A stretch of DNA of 32,000 nucleotides, taken from positions 126,797-158,796 of the forward strand of contig NZ_FUWK01000002.1 in the NCBI RefSeq assembly GCF_900167395.1. The letters run 5' to 3'. Of the stretch, positions 9,340 through 19,155 are shown piece after piece. The notes below the pieces were generated by a model. It made no database searches, was not told the DNA's origin, and was given only the letters and a program-made list of their open reading frames with translations. The translations under genes and the position numbers were made by a program. The stretch is from Nitrosomonas europaea. GTDB lineage: Bacteria; Pseudomonadota; Gammaproteobacteria; Burkholderiales; Nitrosomonadaceae. The number at the start of each line of letters is the position of its first letter. Position 1 is the first letter of the stretch.

Positions 9340-10347
9340 ATGAAATTCAATATATGGTTGTCAGTCGGATTACTGACGTTTGCTCTGGCAGGTGCCAGTC
9401 AGGCATTTGCTGACCGGACTCTTCTCAATGTTTCCTACGATCCGACACGCGAGTTGTATGAGGAATATAACCGCGAGTTCATCCGCTACTGGCAGGAAAA
9501 AACCGGGGAGAAAATTACTGTCAAACAGTCACATGGCGGCTCCGGCAAACAGGCACGTGCGGTCATTGACGGTGTGCCTGCAGATATAGTGACACTTGCC
9601 CTTGCTCATGACATTGACGCGATCAGCGAGCAATCGGGGCTGATCCCGGCAGAATGGCAGAAACGCTTACCCAACAACAGTTCGCCCTATCTCTCAACGA
9701 TCGTCCTGCTGGTACGCAAAGACAATCCCAAAGGAATCAGGGACTGGGATGATCTGATCAAACCGGGTGTCGCCGTCATAACGCCCAATCCGAAAACATC
9801 GGGTGGTGCACGCTGGAATTATCTGGCGGCGTGGGGTTTTGCACTGAAAAAATACGATGGCGATGAAGCAAAAGCACAAGAGTTCCTCACCCGACTTTAT
9901 AAGAATGTCTCAATACTTGATTCAGGGGCACGTGGATCAACCATCAATTTCATCCAGCGCGGCATAGGGGATGTTCTGATTTCCTGGGAAAACGAAGCTT
10001 TTCTGGCGCTCAAGGAATATGGCCCGGAGAAATTCGAAATAATCATTCCCTCGATCAGCATTCTTGCCGAACCCCCTGTCGCTGTCGTCGACAAGAATGT
10101 CGACAAACATGGCGTACGTAATATTGCCCAGGCCTACCTCGAGTACCTGTACGACAAAAAAGGGCAGGAAATTGCGGCACGCAACTTCTATCGACCGAGC
10201 GATCCGGAAATCGCCAAAAAATATGCTCATCAGTTCCCGGCAATCAATCTGTTTACGATCAATGAAGTATTTGGCGGCTGGCCGCAAGCCCAGAGCATCC
10301 ACTTCAAGGACGGCGGCCTGTTCGACAAAATCTATGTAAATCAATGA
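9340..10347 (+). CDS. sbp: Sulfate/thiosulfate ABC transporter periplasmic substrate-binding protein
   Basis: Signal peptide [41 protein letters not shown]...[24 protein letters not shown] closely parallels E. coli Sbp/CysP. The start is trimmed from 9280 to the ATG at 9340. Confidence 0.9.
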   Translation: MKFNIWLSVGLLTFALAGASQAFADRTLLNVSYDPTRELYEEYNREFIRYWQEKTGEKITVKQSHGGSGKQARAVIDGVPADIVTLALAHDIDAISEQSGLIPAEWQKRLPNNSSPYLSTIVLLVRKDNPKGIRDWDDLIKPGVAVITPNPKTSGGARWNYLAAWGFALKKYDGDEAKAQEFLTRLYKNVSILDSGARGSTINFIQRGIGDVLISWENEAFLALKEYGPEKFEIIIPSISILAEPPVAVVDKNVDKHGVRNIAQAYLEYLYDKKGQEIAARNFYRPSDPEIAKKYAHQFPAINLFTINEVFGGWPQAQSIHFKDGGLFDKIYVNQ

Positions 10348-10405
10348 TCGATTCTGTATCCGGCACATTGATTGCTCATAACCTCAAACTCGAAAAGAAT
10401 CAGAA

Positions 10406-10711
10406 ATGACAGTACTGATAGTGGGTGGAGATTACATTGCATCTCTCAAACAGAGAATCACGGCACACGGCTATTCCCGTATAGAACACTGGAACGGTCG
10501 TAAAAAAGGGTTCAACAAGCGAGCACTGCCCGGCAGAACAAAGCTGGTCGTGATTATCTACGATTACGTCAGCCACAACCTTGCCAATTCAGTGAAAGAT
10601 CAGGCCAGCCGTATCGGGATCCCGATGATTTTCTGCCGTCATGCCATGCACGAAATCGACACGATCTTCGATGAGAAAAAAGCTGAAGAAAGTTGTTGCA
10701 ACTTTGTATAA
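10406..10711 (+). CDS. DUF2325-like small cytoplasmic protein
   Basis: The 101-aa ORF matches the pattern I associate with DUF2325: VLIVGG...(linker)...KLVVIIYDYVSHNLANSVKDQASRIGIPMIF. No TM segment or signal peptide. Confidence 0.55.
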   Translation: MTVLIVGGDYIASLKQRITAHGYSRIEHWNGRKKGFNKRALPGRTKLVVIIYDYVSHNLANSVKDQASRIGIPMIFCRHAMHEIDTIFDEKKAEESCCNFV

Positions 10712-10714
10712 GTA

Positions 10715-11734
10715 ATGAACAAGTCCAGTGAAGCAAGAAGTGCGCAGATCCCGTTGAAATGGATGAACGATTTACCCGCTTCTCTTGCTTCAATTCAGAT
10801 AGCTTCTTTGCTGGAGTTACAAATGCTGCCATCAACGTTAAAAACACTGGTACACGGTGATTATATGATTCGTACGATAGAACGCATTATCACAAGCACC
10901 GGTTTTTCCTTACAACACTCTGATAATGGCGAGATTACTGGCCTTTTTTACCATTGCAAGTTATCAAGCGCTTATCAACCTGTTTTTGAAGCTGCCCGGA
11001 ACAATATCATTGGACAAGAAGCTCGTATCCGCGCTGATTTAAATGGAAATGGAGAAATACAACTTTCTCCCTGGCATATATTCGCACTCGCCCCCGACGA
11101 TGAACAGCTCATCAAGCTGGATCGCCTCTGCCGAACGATTCATGCCCTCAATTTTCTTGACAATATTACTAACAAACAGATGAAGCTGTTCGTCAGCGTA
11201 CAGCCCCGTTTGCTGGAAAGTGTCAAGGATGATCATGGCAGCGCATTTGAGCAAATACTCGACATTATCGGAATACGTACCTCCAGAATCGTTATCGAGA
11301 TCCCAGTTGAAGCCAATCGTGACTGGCGGCTGCTGAAACGCGTGATCATGAACTATCGTGCACACGGGTATCTGATCTCAGTCAATTACAGCGGTACCAA
11401 TAATGACCGGATATCCGAACTTGGCAAGCTATATCCTAATGTCATACGTATTGATGCACGTGATCTGTTACGGCGTAGCGTACTGGATCCGTTGATAGTC
11501 ACTGCTCATAATCAAGGAGCAGATGTTCTGGTAGGCAACATAGAAACTTCATATCAACTGACAGATGCAATACACGCAGGTGCAGATCTGCTACAGGGAA
11601 ATTTCCTGGCCAGATATTCGCGTAAAGCCGACAACATGCTGACTCCCTTTTCCTGGCAGATACCAGACGAGCGGAATGGATACAGATTCGATAATGAATC
11701 ACTGCAGGAAAATCAACCTTACAGAAGCATATAA
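10715..11734 (+). CDS. Stand-alone degenerate EAL-domain protein (YdiV-like, predicted non-catalytic), paralog 1
   Basis: EAL-fold landmarks are present: YQPVF...GQEARIR, LDRLCR, IVIEIP, LLQGNF. Catalytic motifs are lost: DDFG becomes NYSG, the K of (I)KID becomes R, and EGVE becomes GNIE. An alternative start is the ATG at 10865. Confidence 0.6.
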   Translation: MNKSSEARSAQIPLKWMNDLPASLASIQIASLLELQMLPSTLKTLVHGDYMIRTIERIITSTGFSLQHSDNGEITGLFYHCKLSSAYQPVFEAARNNIIGQEARIRADLNGNGEIQLSPWHIFALAPDDEQLIKLDRLCRTIHALNFLDNITNKQMKLFVSVQPRLLESVKDDHGSAFEQILDIIGIRTSRIVIEIPVEANRDWRLLKRVIMNYRAHGYLISVNYSGTNNDRISELGKLYPNVIRIDARDLLRRSVLDPLIVTAHNQGADVLVGNIETSYQLTDAIHAGADLLQGNFLARYSRKADNMLTPFSWQIPDERNGYRFDNESLQENQPYRSI

Positions 11735-11824
11735 CCCGTTCTATTTACGAGACATCGAATCATGTACCCGAAAACAGCCTTGCATATAAAAACAGCGACA
11801 AACCATCTTGAAAGGAGCGCTTTC

Positions 11825-12613
11825 ATGAATAGAACCACTGCCAAGCCTTTTACCGTAATGGATGAGTTCGAATTGATCAAAGCTGCTACCGACTACTCGC
11901 TGGAACAGGATGAAAATGGCCGGATCAGTGGAAATTTCTACCATTGCAAACTGACCAGTGCCTTTCAGGTAATCCTCGATATTCATGAAAATAACATAAT
12001 TGGGCACGCAGCCTACATTCGCTCTGAATCAAATGGTGAAGTCTCGCTCTGGCCCTGGCAGGTATTTGCACTTGCTTCCAAAGATGAACAATTGATCGAC
12101 CTCGACCGCCTGTGCAGAGCAATTCACGCCCTGAATTATTTTAAGAAGAACTTTGACACCAACACTGGTCAGCTTTTCCTGAGTGTACATCCACGCCTGC
12201 TGAGCAGCATCCAGAATGAACACGGACGAACATTCAAAGATTTTCTGGATTTAACCGGAATCAGTACTTCACGGATCGTGATTGAAATACCGCCAGCCCT
12301 GAATCACGACTGGAAACTGCTGCAGAAACTGATCATTAACTACCGCTCATACGGTTATCAAATAGCCCTTAATTTCAGCAGTACCAACGGACACTGGTTA
12401 CTGGGAACAGATGATCTCCATCCGGACATCCTGATCGTGCAAGCACACGAATTATTACACTATCAGCTGAATGACTATCCGGAAGACAACAGCACCCGTG
12501 ATGCCGGCTTCCGCCTGCATGTCAGAAAAATCGAAACGCAAGAGCAGCTGACAGCGGCAAAGCAAGCGGGCGCACATTACCTGCAGGGTAACTTTCTAGG
12601 AAAAACAGTATGA
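11825..12613 (+). CDS. Stand-alone degenerate EAL-domain protein, paralog 2
   Basis: About 45% identical to the upstream paralog (FYHCKL.SA.Q...NNIIG, LDRLCR.IHALN, TSRIVIEIP, YLQGNF). The EAL glutamate is replaced (GHAAYIR), and the DDFG, K and EGVE motifs are lost. AGGAG lies 7 nt upstream of the ATG at 11825. Confidence 0.62.
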   Translation: MNRTTAKPFTVMDEFELIKAATDYSLEQDENGRISGNFYHCKLTSAFQVILDIHENNIIGHAAYIRSESNGEVSLWPWQVFALASKDEQLIDLDRLCRAIHALNYFKKNFDTNTGQLFLSVHPRLLSSIQNEHGRTFKDFLDLTGISTSRIVIEIPPALNHDWKLLQKLIINYRSYGYQIALNFSSTNGHWLLGTDDLHPDILIVQAHELLHYQLNDYPEDNSTRDAGFRLHVRKIETQEQLTAAKQAGAHYLQGNFLGKTV

Positions 12614-12678
12614 CTCACAACATGATCCCGGCAATCACCCAAAAGGATTTTTACAATCGAATAACAGGAGTCTGAATT

Positions 12679-13512
12679 TTGAGCACTTTCAAACAATACA
12701 GTGTACTACCAGGCTTCAATCTGGCACTGGGATTTACCCTGCTTTACCTGAGTCTGGTCGTACTGATTCCTCTGTCGGCAGCATTCATCCACAGCGCGAA
12801 ACTGACCTGGCCGGAATTTTGGAGTACGGTGACTGCACCCCGAGTCGTCGCGTCCTATCGGCTGACATTTGGAGCCTCGTTTGCAGCCGCAGTGGTTAAT
12901 ACATTTTTCGGATTGCTGGTAGCCTGGGTACTAGTACGTTACCCGTTTCCGGGTAAGCGCCTGGTCGATGCCCTGATCGATCTGCCTTTCGCACTACCCA
13001 CCTCCGTTGCCGGTATCACGCTCACCGCAATCTATGCGGGTAACGGCTGGCTCGGTCAGTATCTGGAACCATTGGGAATCAAGGTCGCCTTCACCCCGGT
13101 CGGTGTTTTCGTGGCACTGACATTCATCGGGTTGCCGTTCGTCGTTCGCACCGTTCAACCTGTACTGGAAGATATCGAGAAAGAACTGGAAGAAGCTGCT
13201 GCCATGCTGGGCGCAACACGCTGGCAGACTTTCCGGTACGTTATTTTCCCGGCAGTTCTACCTGCACTGACCACCGGTTTTGCACTGGCTTTTGCCCGCG
13301 CCATCGGAGAATACGGCTCCGTTATTTTTATTGCCGGCAATATCCCGATGGTCTCGGAGATCACGCCATTACTCATCATCACCAAACTCGAACAATATGA
13401 TTACGCTGGTGCAACGGCCATTGCCGTCGTGATGCTGGTGATTTCATTCATTCTTCTGCTGATCATCAACCTGCTGCAGTGGTGGGTTCGTCATCGCAGC
13501 ATAAAGGCATAA
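12679..13512 (+). CDS. cysT: Sulfate ABC transporter permease CysT (CysU)
   Basis: Six-TM permease with the EAA loop [24 protein letters not shown] start with AGGAG 8 nt upstream. Order sbp-...-cysT-cysW-cysA. Confidence 0.9.
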   Translation: MSTFKQYSVLPGFNLALGFTLLYLSLVVLIPLSAAFIHSAKLTWPEFWSTVTAPRVVASYRLTFGASFAAAVVNTFFGLLVAWVLVRYPFPGKRLVDALIDLPFALPTSVAGITLTAIYAGNGWLGQYLEPLGIKVAFTPVGVFVALTFIGLPFVVRTVQPVLEDIEKELEEAAAMLGATRWQTFRYVIFPAVLPALTTGFALAFARAIGEYGSVIFIAGNIPMVSEITPLLIITKLEQYDYAGATAIAVVMLVISFILLLIINLLQWWVRHRSIKA

Positions 13513-13521
13513 AGGAAAATC

Positions 13522-14400
13522 ATGACTGCCGTCCCGTTACTCCAAACCTCTCCGGCACCGCACAAGGTGGTTACGCAGGAATCACCGTGGGCGCGCTGGA
13601 CACTCATCCTGCTGGCCCTCTCCTTCCTGTCGCTTTTTCTTTTACTGCCCCTGGTAGCAGTTTTCTTTGAGGCACTGAGAAAAGGATGGGAAGTTTATCT
13701 TGCAGCCATCACTGAACCCGATGCCCTCGCCGCCATCCGCCTGACCCTGATTGCAGCCGCCATCGCCGTACCGCTCAACCTGATATTCGGTATCGCAGCC
13801 GCCTGGGCAATTGCCAAATTTGAGTTCCGCGGCAAAAGTATCCTCACCTCCCTGATCGATCTGCCATTCTCCGTCTCTCCCGTCGTCGCCGGATTGATTT
13901 ACGTACTGATATTCGGCCTGCAGGGCTGGATCGGTCCATGGCTGCGGGAGCATGATCTTTCCATCATTTTTGCCGTGCCCGGCATCGTTCTGGCAACGAT
14001 TTTCGTGACTGTGCCGTTCATTGCACGTGAGCTGATTCCACTGATGCAGGCACAGGGAAGCGAGGAGGAAGAAGCCGCCATCATTCTGGGCGCAAGTGGC
14101 TGGCAGACACTGTGGTACGTCACGCTTCCCAACATCAAATGGGGATTGCTGTATGGCACCATTCTCTGCAATGCCCGAGCAATGGGCGAGTTTGGCGCCG
14201 TCTCGGTCGTTTCCGGACATATTCGCGGCCTGACCAACACTCTTTCCCTGCACGTCGAAATTCTCTACAACGAATACAACTTTGTTGCTGCTTTTGCAGT
14301 GGCTTCCTTGCTGGCATTACTTGCACTGATTACGCTGGTACTGAAAACGCTGGTTGAAGCAAAAGTGGCACAACAAACCTCCAGAGGAAATCATTCATGA
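13522..14400 (+). CDS. cysW: Sulfate ABC transporter permease CysW
   Basis: Paralogous permease with the EAA loop [26 protein letters not shown] overlap with cysA. Confidence 0.9.
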   Translation: MTAVPLLQTSPAPHKVVTQESPWARWTLILLALSFLSLFLLLPLVAVFFEALRKGWEVYLAAITEPDALAAIRLTLIAAAIAVPLNLIFGIAAAWAIAKFEFRGKSILTSLIDLPFSVSPVVAGLIYVLIFGLQGWIGPWLREHDLSIIFAVPGIVLATIFVTVPFIARELIPLMQAQGSEEEEAAIILGASGWQTLWYVTLPNIKWGLLYGTILCNARAMGEFGAVSVVSGHIRGLTNTLSLHVEILYNEYNFVAAFAVASLLALLALITLVLKTLVEAKVAQQTSRGNHS

Positions 14401-15485
14401 CTATCGAAATACACGATCTCTCCAAGCAATTCGGCTCTTTCACCGCACTGAACGACATCAATCTGAAAGTCAACCCGGGAGAGCTGCTCGCGCTGCTGGG
14501 TCCTTCCGGCTCCGGTAAAACCACTCTGCTGCGGGTCATTGCCGGCCTTGAAACAGCTGATTCCGGTCAAGTGCTGTTCAACGAGGAAGATTCAACCGAC
14601 AAACACATTCGTGATCGGCATGTCGGATTTGTCTTCCAGCATTACGCACTTTTTCGCAATATGACCATTTTCGAGAACGTAGCATTCGGCTTGCGTGTAC
14701 GCCCTAGAAAACAGCGCCCCAACGCTCCGGAAATCAATCACCGCGTGACTGAACTGCTGCAACTGGTGCAACTCGACTGGCTGGCAGATCGTTATCCGCA
14801 CCAGCTTTCCGGGGGGCAACGCCAGCGCATCGCATTGGCACGGGCACTGGCAGTCGAACCCAGTGTTCTGTTACTGGATGAGCCATTCGGTGCGCTCGAT
14901 GCCAAAGTGCGCAAGGAGCTGCGTGCCTGGCTGCGCAAACTGCACGATGACATGCACATTACCAGTGTCTTCGTGACACATGATCAGGAAGAAGCACTGG
15001 AAGTGGCAGATCGGATCGTCGTCATGAACCGGGGCCGTATCGAACAAATCGGCACTCCCGATGAAGTCTATGAGAAACCGGCCAACCCGTTCGTATATGA
15101 ATTTCTTGGACACGTCAATCTGTTCCACGGGCGTGTGCATCAGGGCCATGCATGGATTGGCGATCTCGAAGTCGATGCCCCGGAGTACTCAGAAGCAGAA
15201 GATCTCAGTGCCATCGCCTATGTGCGGCCGCATGACATCGAAGTGGACCGGACATTAAACGGTGAACCGGCTCTGGCTGCTCATATCGTCCATATTCTCG
15301 CTATCGGACCGGTCGTACGGCTGGAGCTGGCAGGCAAAGACAATCAAAGTACAAACAGTATTTATGCCGAGATCAGCAAGGAGCGTTTTCGTGAGTTGCA
15401 ACTGGCAAGAGGAGATCAGGTTTTCATCAAGCCGCGCAAGCTCGATCTGTTTCCAAACCATGCCCAAAACGGATCGATACATTGA
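14397..15485 (+). CDS. cysA: Sulfate/thiosulfate import ATP-binding protein CysA
   Basis: Walker [10 protein letters not shown], signature [15 protein letters not shown], Walker B LLLDEPF, plus a CysA-type C-terminal regulatory domain. Confidence 0.93.
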   Translation: MTIEIHDLSKQFGSFTALNDINLKVNPGELLALLGPSGSGKTTLLRVIAGLETADSGQVLFNEEDSTDKHIRDRHVGFVFQHYALFRNMTIFENVAFGLRVRPRKQRPNAPEINHRVTELLQLVQLDWLADRYPHQLSGGQRQRIALARALAVEPSVLLLDEPFGALDAKVRKELRAWLRKLHDDMHITSVFVTHDQEEALEVADRIVVMNRGRIEQIGTPDEVYEKPANPFVYEFLGHVNLFHGRVHQGHAWIGDLEVDAPEYSEAEDLSAIAYVRPHDIEVDRTLNGEPALAAHIVHILAIGPVVRLELAGKDNQSTNSIYAEISKERFRELQLARGDQVFIKPRKLDLFPNHAQNGSIH

Positions 15486-16423
15486 TGACAGCCTCTGAAA
15501 AAACGGTTTTGCCGGAATTATCCTATCTGCGCACGACAATCAGCAACGTTGTCATTGAGTTGCGTAATTTACGCGAGACTTCACTGGAGCATCGGCAGAG
15601 ACTCAACAATCCGCCCAAACTTCCCTCACGCAAAACGCTGGCGGACATCATCGACAAATTGAGTGCCGCATTGTTTCCCAACCGCCTGGGTCAACCCGAC
15701 CTGACCGGAGAAAGTATCGATTACTTCGTAGGGTACACACTGGATACCGCCCTGCGCGATCTGTCGGCAGAGGTAATCCGGGAGCTCCATTTTGCTTCCG
15801 GGCTCGAGGCCGTCAGCCATACGGTTCGAGAGCGGGCGGTGGAAATCACGCATGTATTTGCCGGGCAGTTGCCTGCCATACGCCATATTCTGGACAGTGA
15901 CATTCGTGCAGCCTATGAAGGCGATCCGGCTGCACACAATATCGACGAGGTACTGGTCTGCTACCCAGGGATCACCGCCATCATCCATTACCGGCTGGCA
16001 CATGAACTGCACAAGCTGGGAGTCCCTCTGATTGCACGCATGATTTCAGAAATCGCGCATTCTCTGACCGGCATAGAAATACATCCCGGAGCCCGGATTG
16101 GTGACAGTTTCTTCATAGATCACGGAACCGGAGTCGTCATCGGGGAAACGGCCATCATCGGTCGTAAAGTACGCCTGTATCAGGCAGTCACTCTAGGCGC
16201 CAAACATTTCCCGGTAGATGAACAAGGTGCCTTGATCAAGGGAAATCAGCGTCATCCTGTCGTCGAAGACGATGTCGTGATCTACGCGGGAGCGACCATC
16301 CTCGGGCGTATCACTATCGGACATGGCTCCACGATAGGCGGAAATGTCTGGCTGACACACGACATCCCCCCCGGGAGTCATATCACCCAGGCGCAGATGC
16401 GCCATGAAAAAGTACCCGGTTAA
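15485..16423 (+). CDS. cysE: Serine O-acetyltransferase, long (EpsC-like) form
   Basis: SATase N-domain (AAYEGDPAA...VLVCYPGITAIIHYRLAHEL) and hexapeptide repeats (IHPGARIGDSFFIDHGTGVVIGETAIIG). The ATG at 15485 overlaps the cysA stop (TGATG). Confidence 0.85.
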   Translation: MTASEKTVLPELSYLRTTISNVVIELRNLRETSLEHRQRLNNPPKLPSRKTLADIIDKLSAALFPNRLGQPDLTGESIDYFVGYTLDTALRDLSAEVIRELHFASGLEAVSHTVRERAVEITHVFAGQLPAIRHILDSDIRAAYEGDPAAHNIDEVLVCYPGITAIIHYRLAHELHKLGVPLIARMISEIAHSLTGIEIHPGARIGDSFFIDHGTGVVIGETAIIGRKVRLYQAVTLGAKHFPVDEQGALIKGNQRHPVVEDDVVIYAGATILGRITIGHGSTIGGNVWLTHDIPPGSHITQAQMRHEKVPG

Positions 16424-16531
16424 TTTCAATTGCATATCTTTATTTCGTATATGCGAATAACGCCGGATTATTCAGAATAGTTCGGTGACACAAAACGCTG
16501 TTTCTTCCCAACAATCTTCAGGAGAATTTAA

Positions 16532-17449
16532 ATGACTGATATTCATCAGGCACAGACCGCATTAGGTGATGTTGCGGCCCGTACACTTGCCAACGCGACT
16601 AAAACCATTCCCATGATGGGCACGATCACGCCACGGTGGCTAACTCATCTGCTGCAGTGGGTTCCGGTCGAGGCGGGTATCTACCGCGTCAATAAAGTCA
16701 AAGATCCTGACGAGGTTGAAGTCGACTGCTCCAACAAGGATGAGCGCGAATTACCTGCCACTTACGTAGATTATGAGGAATGGGGGCGTGAGTATGTACT
16801 CAGTGCAGTCAATACCGTGCTGGATGTCCACACTCGCGTCGCCGATCTTTACAGCAGCCCGCACGATCAGACCCGCGAGCAACTCCGGCTGATCATTGAA
16901 ACCATCAAGGAACGCCAGGAAAAAGAACTGGTGAACAACAAGGAATACGGTTTGCTCAACAATGTTGCCAGAAACATGAAGATCAAAGCGCGTACAGGCG
17001 CACCCACCCCGGATGATCTGGATGATCTGATCTCACTCGTCTGGAAGGAACCGGCCTTCTTTCTGGCACATCCCAAAGCCATTGCGGCATTTGGTCGGGA
17101 GTGCACACGGCGTGGCGTACCTCCTCCCACCGTATCGATGTTCGGCTCACAATTCCTTACCTGGCGCGGGCTACCCCTCATTCCATGCGACAAGATAGGC
17201 ATTACCGGAGGGAAAACAAGTATCCTGCTGCTACGCACGGGTGAAAGCCGGCAAGGGGTGGTAGGACTCTATCAGCCGGGACTGCAAGGCGAACAGGGCA
17301 TGGGATTATCTTTACGTTTCATGGGGATCAACCATAAGGCCATCGCTTCTTATCTGGTTTCACTGTATTGCTCACTGGCCGTGTTGACTGAAGATGCACT
17401 CGGTGTTCTGGAAAATGTCGAAGTGGGTAAATACCATGAATACAAATGA
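16532..17449 (+). CDS. Family 2A encapsulin nanocompartment shell protein (HK97 fold, no cNMP-binding insertion)
   Basis: 305 aa. The blocks ITPRWLTHLLQWVPVEAGIYRVNKV, HTRVADLYSSPHDQTREQLRLIIETIKERQEKEL, GAPTPDDLDDLISLVWKEPAFFLAHPKAIAAFGRECTRRGVPPPTVSMFGSQFLTWRGLPLIPCDK and the C-terminal KYHEYK match my memory of SrpI-type family 2A shells. AGGAG RBS. Flanked by cysE and a cysteine desulfurase, as in the canonical operon. Confidence 0.85.
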   Translation: MTDIHQAQTALGDVAARTLANATKTIPMMGTITPRWLTHLLQWVPVEAGIYRVNKVKDPDEVEVDCSNKDERELPATYVDYEEWGREYVLSAVNTVLDVHTRVADLYSSPHDQTREQLRLIIETIKERQEKELVNNKEYGLLNNVARNMKIKARTGAPTPDDLDDLISLVWKEPAFFLAHPKAIAAFGRECTRRGVPPPTVSMFGSQFLTWRGLPLIPCDKIGITGGKTSILLLRTGESRQGVVGLYQPGLQGEQGMGLSLRFMGINHKAIASYLVSLYCSLAVLTEDALGVLENVEVGKYHEYK

Positions 17450-19061
17450 GTTCAACCAGTGGATAGATAAAGTATCGGGTGAGGCATCCGCTTATGTACC
17501 CGATATTGAGTCACTGACGCAAATGGGCAATGCGTTATTCAACACTCCTCCGCTTTCCCGATCGACCGAACCGCCTGCTTTGACGGTTCCCGGTGCTGAA
17601 GTCAGTCATTCACGCCCGGCCACCGGGTCGAGCTACCCTTCGACCATTCCACTGCCTTGCGAAGCGGAACTGAAAGCCCTGTTCACACCGAATCAGTATC
17701 GTGCGCCGGCTCATATCAGCCTGTCTGATTCAGATCATTCCGGTCATCCACCGTGGGAATCATCATTTTATTTCCTCGATGAAGGGATAGCACCCGAGCG
17801 CCATGACCGGGCAGCACAAATTCCTGCTGCCCATCCCCCCTTCGATATCCATGCGATCCGGCGTGATTTCCCCATTTTACAGGAACACGTCAATGGGCAT
17901 TCCCTGGTCTGGCTGGACAATGCGGCAACGACACAGAAACCTCAGGCCGTCATCGATCGGCTGACCTATTTCTACACGCACGAAAATTCCAATATTCACC
18001 GGGCAGCACATGAACTGGCAGCCCGTGCGACAGATGCGTATGAGGAATCGAGGAATAAGGTTCGCCAGTTTCTCAACGCCGCATCCACCGATGAAATCAT
18101 CTTTCTGCGGGGAACGACGGAAGCGATCAACCTCGTTGCCCAAAGCTGGGGGCGGCAGCATATCAGCGCCGGAGACGAGATCATCATTACCTGGCTGGAA
18201 CATCATGCCAATATCGTTCCATGGCAGATGCTGTGTAATGAAACGGGCGCCCGATTGCGCGTGGTACCGGTCGATGAGGATGGACAGGTTTTGCTGGAAG
18301 AATATCAAAAGCTGCTCAACTCACACACCAGACTCGTTGCATTCTCACAGGTTTCAAATGCACTCGGGACCATCACACCTGCCAGACAAATGGTGGAAAT
18401 GGCACACCGCGTCGGTGCACGTGTACTGGTCGATGGAGCACAATCGGTTTCACACATGCGGGTCGACGTCCAGCAACTCGATTGTGACTGGTTCGTTTTT
18501 TCCGGGCATAAGGTATTCGGCCCGACCGGTATTGGTGTTCTATATGGCAAGACAGAACTGCTCAACGACACACAGCCATGGCAGGGTGGCGGCAATATGA
18601 TTCAAGATGTCACTTTCGAAAAGACAGCTTATCACGGTGCCCCTGCCCGGTTCGAGGCGGGGACCGGTAATATTGCCGATGCAGTAGGACTGGGCGCCGC
18701 AATCGACTATGTGGAACGTATCGGTCTTGAAAATATCAGCCGCTACGAGCACGAATTGATGACCTATGCTACCGGGTGCCTAAAATCGATAGCAGGACTG
18801 CGACTCATTGGTACCGCACCAGATAAAGCAGGTGTACTGTCTTTTACCCTGAAGGATTTCTCTACGGAAGAAGTCGGTACTGCTCTCAATCGTGAAGGTA
18901 TTGCGGTACGTGCCGGTCATCATTGTGCCCAGCCTATTCTGCGCCGCTTCGGCGTGGAAAGTACCGTCCGCCCCTCGCTGGCTTTTTATAACACGTATAC
19001 GGATATCGACAGGCTGGCCGCTGCCATAGACCGTATCCGGGGAAAGAAAAACGCATTCTGA
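17436..19061 (+). CDS. SufS/CsdA-type (group II) cysteine desulfurase with a ~135-aa disordered N-terminal extension (predicted encapsulin cargo)
   Basis: PLP-lysine motif FSGHKVFGPTGIGVLYG and catalytic Cys in RAGHHCAQP. LDNAATTQKP begins the fold-type-I core. The N-terminal 135 aa are Pro/Ser rich and low complexity. The start is ambiguous (17394, 17415 or 17436) and every option overlaps the shell gene's 3' end. Confidence 0.88.
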   Translation: MNTNEFNQWIDKVSGEASAYVPDIESLTQMGNALFNTPPLSRSTEPPALTVPGAEVSHSRPATGSSYPSTIPLPCEAELKALFTPNQYRAPAHISLSDSDHSGHPPWESSFYFLDEGIAPERHDRAAQIPAAHPPFDIHAIRRDFPILQEHVNGHSLVWLDNAATTQKPQAVIDRLTYFYTHENSNIHRAAHELAARATDAYEESRNKVRQFLNAASTDEIIFLRGTTEAINLVAQSWGRQHISAGDEIIITWLEHHANIVPWQMLCNETGARLRVVPVDEDGQVLLEEYQKLLNSHTRLVAFSQVSNALGTITPARQMVEMAHRVGARVLVDGAQSVSHMRVDVQQLDCDWFVFSGHKVFGPTGIGVLYGKTELLNDTQPWQGGGNMIQDVTFEKTAYHGAPARFEAGTGNIADAVGLGAAIDYVERIGLENISRYEHELMTYATGCLKSIAGLRLIGTAPDKAGVLSFTLKDFSTEEVGTALNREGIAVRAGHHCAQPILRRFGVESTVRPSLAFYNTYTDIDRLAAAIDRIRGKKNAF

Positions 19062-19070
19062 ACACCATGC

Positions 19071-19103
19071 GGTACAGATAACAGGCCTGCATAATTTCTG
19101 TAC
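19071..19103 (+). terminator. Hairpin after the desulfurase gene (GGTACAGA-N17-TCTGTACC), no U-tract
   Basis: An 8-bp perfect stem starts 10 nt after the stop at 19061. The large loop and missing T-run make terminator function uncertain. Confidence 0.25.
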
Positions 19104-19155
19104 CACATCCATTCCTCCACGCCACCACACACGTATCGACAACAGGTATAAACAC

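Noticed and set aside
13642-14253. A 203-aa minus-strand ORF, with a nested 113-aa ORF at 13899-14240
   Set aside because: Antisense to cysW, which has a clear permease EAA loop. The product is Gly/Cys/Gln rich and not protein-like.
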